The translations under genes and the position numbers were made by a program. This document shows positions 56,888 through 64,000 of a DNA stretch of 64,000 bases, piece after piece. The notes under the pieces were generated by a model, which saw only the letters and a list, made by a program, of their open reading frames with translations, was not told the DNA's origin and ran no database searches. The stretch is from Candidatus Kaiserbacteria bacterium. GTDB lineage: Bacteria; Patescibacteriota; Minisyncoccia; Phycocordibacterales; UBA2100. Positions within the stretch are counted from its first letter, which is position 1. Each line of letters starts with the position of its first letter. The stretch spans positions 21,394 through 85,393 of the forward strand of contig VGJQ01000001.1 of the NCBI GenBank assembly GCA_016867375.1. The letters are read 5' to 3'.

Positions 56888-58228
56888 ATGTTTATGCATG
56901 GCCCCGAAGCCAAAAAGAGCACATATGAGGCGTCTCGTGCGCCACAGGCGCTCCACGAGGTACTTACTAACCCAAGGATGAGGGGGTTGTTTACGCGGTA
57001 TCTCAATACCCTTCAGAACGACACTGAAATCGTACGAGACATATTTGAGACACATAAGGCAAACGGGCAGTATACCCAAGAACAAATCACATTCCTCAAC
57101 GATCACTTCCCGAAGTTTAAGGAGCATTTTTTGCTCGCCGAAGAGGTGCGATATATGTTCGACACAAAAGAAATAGAGCAGGCCGCAAAAAATCATGAGC
57201 CTCTGCGCGAACTGCTCGCTCTCAATAATGGATCCCCGCAGATCCTAAAAAGATATATGGAGGTCATGGCTATGGAGCGTCCTGAAGAGTTGCGCGCGAT
57301 ACTCGATCTCAAGCGAAGTGTCAACGAAAAACGTCGCTCTATACGCTACAAGGCGCATGAGCGCATGACACAGACCATCCTCAAGCGCTTCAAGCTTTCC
57401 AACACGGATTTCGAAGAATTAAAAAATATTTCCAATGAGCGCGAGCGTAGGCAGCGCTTTCGTGAATTGGTCCAAGAGAGAGTGGATGGCTTACAAAAGG
57501 CAGTCGGCTGGCTACGCGGGACGCACACTGAACGCGGCATCGAACACGCATTTGATACACTTAATCAGTTTGAAAAAGACGAAGTGAAGCGCGAGATTGG
57601 CGAGCATCTCCATGCGGTGGCCGATGTCCTCAATGGGTTTGTGCGAGGAGACCATGAATTTATGGAAGCTATCCAATATGCCCGCATACCGGGAGAGGGA
57701 CGAGAAGATGAAGGTGCACCCGAAGAGCTCAGTGACGACGAGCGTTGGAAGAAAAATATGCAACGCATCATCCTTGGTGCTAGGGATCTGATAGGGGACT
57801 ACATCAAGGGGGAGGCGTCGTGGGCGTGGGGTATTGCGAGCGCTCTCCTCACAGAAGCGACAGGGATTTACAATTCTCCGAATCGACAGGAGACCAAGCG
57901 CAACAGTAAGAAGGAACCAAAAGAAAAAAGCGCGGAAGAAATAGGGCGTGAAGAAGAGAAGCGGCTGGAAAAAGAGCGCTTCAAGAATCCGCAGGAGCTC
58001 TACGACGCGGTTGGACGGCAGTTAAGAGAGAATAATAAAAAAGGGGCATGGAAACTCGTCGATGAATATCTTGGGTTGCACATAACAAGAAAAAACGATC
58101 TTAAGCGTATAAAGAGCGAGATCGAGGGCATTCTCATAAAACAAAAAGGATCAAGCGAAGATGCGCTGCAAAAACTGAGTGAAGCACTCGGTCTTTTCCA
58201 AGAGGAAAGGGAATCAAATAACACATAA
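56888..58228 (+). CDS. Hypothetical charged helical protein
   Basis: E/K/R-rich long ORF; no recognisable motif. Confidence 0.7.
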   Translation: MFMHGPEAKKSTYEASRAPQALHEVLTNPRMRGLFTRYLNTLQNDTEIVRDIFETHKANGQYTQEQITFLNDHFPKFKEHFLLAEEVRYMFDTKEIEQAAKNHEPLRELLALNNGSPQILKRYMEVMAMERPEELRAILDLKRSVNEKRRSIRYKAHERMTQTILKRFKLSNTDFEELKNISNERERRQRFRELVQERVDGLQKAVGWLRGTHTERGIEHAFDTLNQFEKDEVKREIGEHLHAVADVLNGFVRGDHEFMEAIQYARIPGEGREDEGAPEELSDDERWKKNMQRIILGARDLIGDYIKGEASWAWGIASALLTEATGIYNSPNRQETKRNSKKEPKEKSAEEIGREEEKRLEKERFKNPQELYDAVGRQLRENNKKGAWKLVDEYLGLHITRKNDLKRIKSEIEGILIKQKGSSEDALQKLSEALGLFQEERESNNT

Positions 58229-58231
58229 AGT

Positions 58232-58501
58232 ATGATGAATCGCACCGCCCTACAAACAATGCACGATCAACTCGAAGCGCTCGCGCAAGCGCAGGACTAC
58301 CGTGCCGCACAGGCGCTCTTGAAAGATCGCTTCATGCTACTCCCTGAAGATCTCCAAGGAAGGATCCTTACAATGCTCCTCGCTGACGCGCTTGTGAGCG
58401 AAGCGCGTATGCTCGACGGCGCGCTCGCGCTCGAAAATGAAAGCATCACCGCACTCAAAGCACTCGAAGAGATGCGGATTGTCTTAGGTCCTGATCATTA
58501 G
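58232..58501 (+). CDS. Hypothetical protein
   Basis: 89-aa helical ORF directly after the upstream gene. Confidence 0.6.
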   Translation: MMNRTALQTMHDQLEALAQAQDYRAAQALLKDRFMLLPEDLQGRILTMLLADALVSEARMLDGALALENESITALKALEEMRIVLGPDH

Positions 58502-58510
58502 GACGAGCCC

Positions 58511-58921
58511 TTAGAACGGTAGATCAAATGCAAATGCGCCAGCACCGGTGATCACGAGCGATACACAGATGACGAGAAGGAGGGCGAGTGTGCCACGCGA
58601 AAACGGTGTGATAGGCAAGCCCCAGCGTGACCACAGCATATGCTTCAAAAGGAAAAGTGCGCCGAGTATCGCGGCGACCTGTGTGTACAAGCCGATGGCG
58701 AGCATGACGCCGATGAGAAGGCTCGCTGCGGCGGCAATCCAAATCATCCACAGAGGTGGATGGCCGACGATGGGGAAGCGTGTCCGTGCGATCTCTCGTC
58801 GGTTTTGTACCAAACGGCTGGCAAGATACAAAAAAGCGTATGCACATGCGATGCGCAGAAGTGTGACCGCCAGAGGAGAAAGAAAGAAAAGCTCGGGGAA
58901 AACGGCAAATACATGTCCCAT
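58511..58921 (-). CDS. DoxX-family membrane protein
   Basis: TLLRI, IGLYTQVAA, GAGAFAFD. Confidence 0.8.
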   Translation of the reverse strand: MGHVFAVFPELFFLSPLAVTLLRIACAYAFLYLASRLVQNRREIARTRFPIVGHPPLWMIWIAAAASLLIGVMLAIGLYTQVAAILGALFLLKHMLWSRWGLPITPFSRGTLALLLVICVSLVITGAGAFAFDLPF

Positions 58922-58959
58922 ACTGCGCAGTATAGCACTATTTGTTATAGTGTCTTGTC

Positions 58960-59430
58960 ATGCAGGTTGCACTTTTGCTTCACAATATCAGGAGTTCGCA
59001 CAATGTCGGATCGATATTTCGCACCGGCGATGGTGCGGGTGTTTGCGTGATCTACCTCAGCGGCTATACGCCGGTACCCGTCGATCGCTTCGGGCGACCG
59101 CAAAAAGAGATCGCCAAGACCGCGCTCGGCGCGGAGCGATCCATCCCGTGGCAGTATGCAAAGACGCCTGGCACGCTCATCAGACGACTCAAGCGCGAGG
59201 GGTGGCGGATTGTCGGTATCGAGCAGGACGCGCGAGCGCAGGACTATCGCGGGTTTAAAGCTGATCACAGGCCGATTCTTTTTATACTTGGCAACGAAGT
59301 GCGCGGTATTTCACCCTCCCTGCGCGCCCTCTGTGATGATCTCGTCGAAATACCGATGCATGGCGCCAAAGAGTCGCTCAATGTGGCGGTGGCAGCGGGG
59401 ATCGTGCTGTTTTCGCTAGGTGATGCATAG
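58960..59430 (+). CDS. SpoU/TrmH-family RNA methyltransferase
   Basis: NIRSSHNVGSIFRT, GNEVRGI, EIPMHGAKESLNVAVA. Confidence 0.93.
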   Translation: MQVALLLHNIRSSHNVGSIFRTGDGAGVCVIYLSGYTPVPVDRFGRPQKEIAKTALGAERSIPWQYAKTPGTLIRRLKREGWRIVGIEQDARAQDYRGFKADHRPILFILGNEVRGISPSLRALCDDLVEIPMHGAKESLNVAVAAGIVLFSLGDA

Positions 59431-59515
59431 GCAGCGCTTTATTCCATTTGACGGGTGTGCTTCAATGAGGGAAGTGGGTCTTTGACTAAAACAAGTAACA
59501 AGAGAGGAGTGAGCG

Positions 59516-61282
59516 ATGGACGAGCTTCAGAGAGAAGCGCTGTCGTTCCTCATAGTGGAGGGGAGGCAGCGGCACAATCATGCGTATCGGCGTAGTCGGA
59601 TCAAGGCATTGTGTGCATTTCTAGCACGGTGCACGCCGGTACAACGCCGCCAGATATTCGATGGGGTGAAAGAGCCGGCATCACCATACCACGGACCAAA
59701 ACAAGAAACGCGATACTGGTTCTTCCAACACCCGACATTTGAGGTGTTTGAGCGATTTTGTGCAGACGAGGTCATATGTGCGATCTTCGCCGATTACCTC
59801 ACGCTCGTAGAATCGCAGCCACACAACATGTCATGGTCTCCCGGGGTATGTGAGATCGAGGCTTTATCGCAACACTACATACGTATCCTGTCCGAGTTTT
59901 TCTTCACATTCAAACCGAATGGGAAGCATCACTACATGACCGCGCCAATCTTCGAGATCACTGATGGTATGAAAGTGCGTGCATACCAGCGCCTCAAAGA
60001 GGAAATACACCGGCGTACAATGGATAAATTACGCACCTCACTTGGTATCCCAGTCGATGTGAGGATATACGAAGAAGTGTTTGGACTTGAGCCGTCGCCA
60101 AACGCAATTCTCTTTACAGTTGACGAAATAGTCGTAGAGGTGCCTGTTGAAACCTTTGTCCGTGTCATACCGCAAGGCTGGATATCGACAGTAACCCTCA
60201 TAGGCAAGCATCAAAACTCGCTTTCCGAGGGAGTGTGGCCGACGTTCAAAATCGAACGAGTGACAGAGGCTGCGGTTGCGGTGTCACGAGAAAAATATCG
60301 GATCAATGAGGTAGGTTTTGAGGAAGTGCACCGCCGATACCAGAGCGCGATGAAGCCAATTCATCGTATTCGTCGGATACATAATGGGCGGCTATCAATC
60401 GGTATCAAAATTCATACCGCACAGGATGCCCCAAAGGGACTATCGTTACCCAAGGGAATGTTCCGCGTCCCAGAAGGCCGGACCAAAGAGGCTTTCGTGC
60501 TGCCGGCTGTTGGGAGTATAGAGCATGTAGTCGAGATGTTTGAGTCGCTCGAAGAGCGCACCGGCATTTCGTATCTGAAGACTGGTCGCCATGCAAAAAG
60601 TGATGATTTTCAGATTCAGGTGTGTTCGCCCGGTCAGCTCAATGCACGTCGATCAGCGCTTCTGGGCGTGAGCTTCTATCTCGGCACCGACAATCTTCGG
60701 CGCTTCGCGCGCGAGGATTTTGTGACGACGAGCTTGGAATACACGGGTAATCGTCTGATTGTGTACGGTGCGGGACAGCTTGACCGCTTCTTTAGTTGGT
60801 GGGGAGTCGACAGGCAAGGAAATCTTTCCGTGCAGGACTTCTTTCCGCGTCGTCTTGAGGGGCGCACTGATGTCTTGATGTGTCAGACATTGCGCGACAT
60901 CGACAATATCAATTTTGTCGCTACTCTTCTGGTCCACGCACAATATGGCGGGTATTGGGCATCTCTGGGTGAGGAGTTTTCGCATGAGATGTCACAGCTC
61001 CTGATCCGCCATGGGCTCGCGGGAATTCTCGACGCACCCTGGGTAAAGACCGAATATGCTTCGCAAGTCGGCGCGAGTGTTGATGATGAACGATTCTTCG
61101 ATGCACTCAGTGAGCTCATGGACTACGCGTTTGAAGAGCTTGATCGAGGCGATCGTGCAAAGGTCCGCAAGGCCGCTGCGCGGCAATACTCTGGTATCCT
61201 GTATGAAGCGAGTGATCTGCTCGATTACTACCGTACCGAGCTTGCTGCGCGCGCGAGCTTGCTGGTCAAAAAGGGAGGTTGA
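59516..61282 (+). CDS. Hypothetical 588-aa protein (possible carboxylate-amine ligase fold)
   Basis: AGGAG SD; fold assignment is only a motif-order inference. Confidence 0.65.
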   Translation: MDELQREALSFLIVEGRQRHNHAYRRSRIKALCAFLARCTPVQRRQIFDGVKEPASPYHGPKQETRYWFFQHPTFEVFERFCADEVICAIFADYLTLVESQPHNMSWSPGVCEIEALSQHYIRILSEFFFTFKPNGKHHYMTAPIFEITDGMKVRAYQRLKEEIHRRTMDKLRTSLGIPVDVRIYEEVFGLEPSPNAILFTVDEIVVEVPVETFVRVIPQGWISTVTLIGKHQNSLSEGVWPTFKIERVTEAAVAVSREKYRINEVGFEEVHRRYQSAMKPIHRIRRIHNGRLSIGIKIHTAQDAPKGLSLPKGMFRVPEGRTKEAFVLPAVGSIEHVVEMFESLEERTGISYLKTGRHAKSDDFQIQVCSPGQLNARRSALLGVSFYLGTDNLRRFAREDFVTTSLEYTGNRLIVYGAGQLDRFFSWWGVDRQGNLSVQDFFPRRLEGRTDVLMCQTLRDIDNINFVATLLVHAQYGGYWASLGEEFSHEMSQLLIRHGLAGILDAPWVKTEYASQVGASVDDERFFDALSELMDYAFEELDRGDRAKVRKAAARQYSGILYEASDLLDYYRTELAARASLLVKKGG

Positions 61283-61285
61283 TCG

Positions 61286-61477
61286 ATGGTCGACGCAATC
61301 CAGCCGGGGTCTGTCCCATTTCGCAAGCCCGAAGAGGAGCGGCCCAATCCTGCCGTGAAGCCCCTGAGGCTTCCGCGGGACGCGCCCGAGCATCCTTCTC
61401 GAGAGGTTCCATCGCCGGTTCAGCCGGCACAGGAACCCTCCAAACCTCTACGCAAGCCCGAAAAGGCTCCTGCGTAA
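61286..61477 (+). CDS. 63-aa Pro/Glu/Lys-rich peptide
   Basis: GGAGG SD; co-oriented with the upstream gene; terminator follows. Confidence 0.55.
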   Translation: MVDAIQPGSVPFRKPEEERPNPAVKPLRLPRDAPEHPSREVPSPVQPAQEPSKPLRKPEKAPA

Positions 61478-61485
61478 GGAAAACA

Positions 61486-61518
61486 AGCCCGCCGCATATA
61501 TCCTTGCGGCGGGTTTTT
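61486..61518. terminator. Bidirectional terminator
   Basis: GCCCGCCGCA...TGCGGCGGGTTTTT between convergent genes. Confidence 0.75.
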
Positions 61519-62479
61519 AGTATGAAATTGCATCCACGGTGCGGCTTTGGGCATCCAAGAGTCGGATGATGTCGTGCCGATCATCCCATACGCCGCGTTG
61601 TGCATTGAGGAAGAGGCGCCACGATGTCTGCAGGAACGAAGGCGTGTTTTGATAGCGGTACACGCATCCGTTGTATGAAAAGGTGTCCATCACAAATGTG
61701 CGGCAGTTTGGTGTAAGTGATGCGGGAGGGTCTTTGGGGAATTCGCACGAGGCGAGGCTGCGCACGTAGTCGATGCAGGCGGATCCATAGGCACGAAGGT
61801 TTTCGGCGGTCATAGGGAGTGCATCCGAAGGGTCGGGACATGAGGCGAAGGTGAAGCTCGGGTAAAAAGACTGCAGTTTGCCGAGGTACCCACTGCAGAT
61901 GTTTTCTCTAAACGAGACTCCAACTGGCGAGACGCCTGAAGAGATGATGGCTTTTCCGCCGGGAGCGAGCATGACGCGATCCGCAGTATTCACGGCGCCG
62001 CCGACAAACATCGGTGCTGCCGTCGGCAGATAGTAGCGCTCTCCCGAGACGGCGCTCTGCAGCGACCAACCTGTGATATCGATGGACTCAGTATTGTCTC
62101 GTGCGGCTGTGATATTTAAGTATTCTTTGGAGGGATCGCTTTCGATGGCGCGACCGTCTTGGAGTGTGACTTGTGAACGATAAGGGGAGGGGAGGCCAAA
62201 CATTTTTACTTGCTGAAGCTGATCTTCAGAATATCCACCTGTGCCGGATCCGATGTATTGCGAAATATCCGCACCCTGGATATCAGGGATTGAGCCGCGC
62301 CACGGAAGTTGGAACGAAGCGAATGAGTCGAAGAGCCTGCCGTTGAGTATCGCGGAAAGAGGATCAGGTTGATTTTTCGCGGCGTTGATGATCTTGGACG
62401 GACCGCCGCTGATCAGCCAAAATGCGATACCGAGAACGAAGATACCAATCACGAGCACACCAAGGATTCGGAGGATCAT
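61517..62479 (-). CDS. Membrane-anchored Cys-containing protein (lamin-tail-like segment)
   Basis: N-terminal TM; EYLNI..IDITGWSL, SFRENICSGYL, IRLLD. Confidence 0.7.
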   Translation of the reverse strand: MILRILGVLVIGIFVLGIAFWLISGGPSKIINAAKNQPDPLSAILNGRLFDSFASFQLPWRGSIPDIQGADISQYIGSGTGGYSEDQLQQVKMFGLPSPYRSQVTLQDGRAIESDPSKEYLNITAARDNTESIDITGWSLQSAVSGERYYLPTAAPMFVGGAVNTADRVMLAPGGKAIISSGVSPVGVSFRENICSGYLGKLQSFYPSFTFASCPDPSDALPMTAENLRAYGSACIDYVRSLASCEFPKDPPASLTPNCRTFVMDTFSYNGCVYRYQNTPSFLQTSWRLFLNAQRGVWDDRHDIIRLLDAQSRTVDAISY

Positions 62480-62490
62480 ACGTACATGTA

Positions 62491-63783
62491 TTATACCTGA
62501 CGATTTTTCGCAGCAAGGAGCTTGTGCAATTCTTCGCGCGCTACCCCCGCATCGCTCCATGGTGTCTTGGATCCATCGGGGCCGCAGATGCACGGGTCAG
62601 TGCCTTTGCCACTAATGAGCACTGCCCAGTGTTCATTAGTGCCCTGAGCGAGCCGAACCTTTTCTTCGGCGAGTCGAAGGGCTGTCGCAATCGCTTCGCG
62701 CCGGTCCATGATGATCTGTGGCGCGCGCTTCATGCCGTGCGCCATACTTTCGATGATCATGCGCGGGTCTTCGTCGTACGGGTCCTCATTTGTGAGGATC
62801 ACATGGTCGCATCGTGCATCTGCAATACTGCCCATAACGGGGCGTTTCCAGGTGTCGCGTCCGCCGCCCGTTGACCCGAGCACACATATCTTACGGTCTG
62901 AGTCATAGGCATCATAGAGTGCGGTGAGCGAGTCGGGAGTATGTGCATAGTCGACGACGACCGTGAAGTCCTGGCCTTCTTCGATGCGCTCGGCGCGGCC
63001 GGGGATTGAGTGCAGGCGATCGAGCCCGGTAGCGATATCGGCAGTCTGTACGCCGATCGCATCAGTGAGGAGTGCGGCAGCGAGTGCGTTGCGTAATGAA
63101 AATTCTCCGGGGAGATGTGTGCGCAGATGCATATCCTTGAAACGAAACTGCCCCCCATGTGCATCCGATGTGTGTTCGGTGCTCGAGAGATTAAATGGGA
63201 TGATCCTGTCGACAGGCAGGGAAAGATATCGTTTCCCTTGCGCGTCTTCTTCATTGGCGACGATGATGCGGGGGCGTTTGCGGGAGCGTGCGAGCTGCTT
63301 GCCGATCTCATATTTTGCGTTGGCATACGCTTCCAGTGATCCGTGCGATTCGATGTGCTCGGGTGTGAGATTGGTGAAGATGAGGCCGTCGAGATCGATC
63401 GCGCGGTGTCGGTATTGGCGCGCTCCTTCCGAAGTCATTTCAATGATGGCGACCGTGCAGCCTGCGTCGACTGCCTGGCGAAGGAAATGCTGGATGAAAA
63501 ATCTACCCGGCATCGACATGCGCATGAGGTTGGGCTCGGATTCATCGGCCACTTTGATGCGGATTGAATTAAGGAGTGCCGTTTTGTGGCCTGCTGCTTC
63601 GAGGATTGCGTTGAGCATCTCGGTCGTACTTGATTTGCCTTTGGTGCCGGTGACGGCAAGTACGATGAGGCGGCGGGAAGGGTATCGGTAGATACATGCG
63701 CCTATGTGGGGCACAAGAAAGTGGTATGCCCGCAGGAGGGGGGATGGGATTATGCGGGTGATGATTTTTTTGATGGAGCGCAT
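62491..63783 (-). CDS. murE: UDP-MurNAc-tripeptide synthetase (MurE family)
   Basis: VTGTKGKSST, FTNLTPEH, PGRAE, VDYAHTPDSL, GGGRD..KRP, EDPYDE, ISGKG. Confidence 0.92.
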   Translation of the reverse strand: MRSIKKIITRIIPSPLLRAYHFLVPHIGACIYRYPSRRLIVLAVTGTKGKSSTTEMLNAILEAAGHKTALLNSIRIKVADESEPNLMRMSMPGRFFIQHFLRQAVDAGCTVAIIEMTSEGARQYRHRAIDLDGLIFTNLTPEHIESHGSLEAYANAKYEIGKQLARSRKRPRIIVANEEDAQGKRYLSLPVDRIIPFNLSSTEHTSDAHGGQFRFKDMHLRTHLPGEFSLRNALAAALLTDAIGVQTADIATGLDRLHSIPGRAERIEEGQDFTVVVDYAHTPDSLTALYDAYDSDRKICVLGSTGGGRDTWKRPVMGSIADARCDHVILTNEDPYDEDPRMIIESMAHGMKRAPQIIMDRREAIATALRLAEEKVRLAQGTNEHWAVLISGKGTDPCICGPDGSKTPWSDAGVAREELHKLLAAKNRQV

Positions 63784-63786
63784 ATG

Positions 63787-64000
63787 TCATCGGGAGCCCA
63801 GTAGACGCAGAGCTTCGCGCAGGCGATCGTTGCTGTGGGTGATGTCTGGAGGGACCTTGCGCAGAGCGTCGCGCGCCTCTTGTGTGGAATAGCCGAGCGC
63901 CCGCAGCGCTTCGAGGGTGTCGACGTCGCCCGAAACGGTCTCGGATGACCCTTCGGTGGCAAGGCCCACCTTGTCTCGCAGTTCGAGGATGATCTTTTCG
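63787..64000 (-). CDS. ruvA: RuvA C-terminal part, truncated by the window edge
   Basis: EKIILELRDKVG...ALRALGYSTQEARDAL...LREALRLL. Confidence 0.88.
   Translation of the reverse strand, partial: EKIILELRDKVGLATEGSSETVSGDVDTLEALRALGYSTQEARDALRKVPPDITHSNDRLREALRLLGSR

Noticed and set aside
56748-58501. Integrated island at tRNA-Lys
   Set aside because: No integrase and no duplicated tRNA 3' end in the window
42092-64000. Dispersed ruvA, ruvB and ruvC as a novel arrangement
   Set aside because: Operon fragmentation is common in reduced genomes; the proteins look ordinary

Overview
This 64-kb window is chromosomal DNA around the replication origin of a small-genome bacterium; gene content and compact proteins suggest Patescibacteria/CPR, probably Parcubacteria (inference). 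It holds the jag-yidC-rnpA-rpmH / dnaA-oriC-dnaN cluster; repair and replication genes (recJ, rnhA, an intein-containing uvrD/pcrA, ruvA, ruvB and ruvC at separate loci, polA, holA-like); tpiA-pgk; type IV pilus/competence genes (two PilB-like ATPases, PilC, split ComEC); a ~15-kb T4SS-like cluster (VirB6-like, PrgI, intein-containing VirB4, pilin-like); a RelE-type TA pair; and tRNA-Lys. The most unusual content is non-coding: (i) a PaaX/Cas2-like gene between two 40-bp palindromes that show a compensatory change; (ii) four 120-150 nt long-stem elements with unrelated outer stems but conserved cores; (iii) a Y1/RAYT-like transposase carrying its palindrome in-frame inside its own CDS, plus many other odd-centred palindromes; (iv) repeats inserted in-frame into housekeeping proteins; (v) TAA-flanked MITE-like elements; (vi) a structured leader followed by a 32-aa membrane peptide; (vii) a possible amidoligase-fold protein with a Pro-rich peptide. 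Most housekeeping genes look leaderless. All calls are by eye; no database searches were run.
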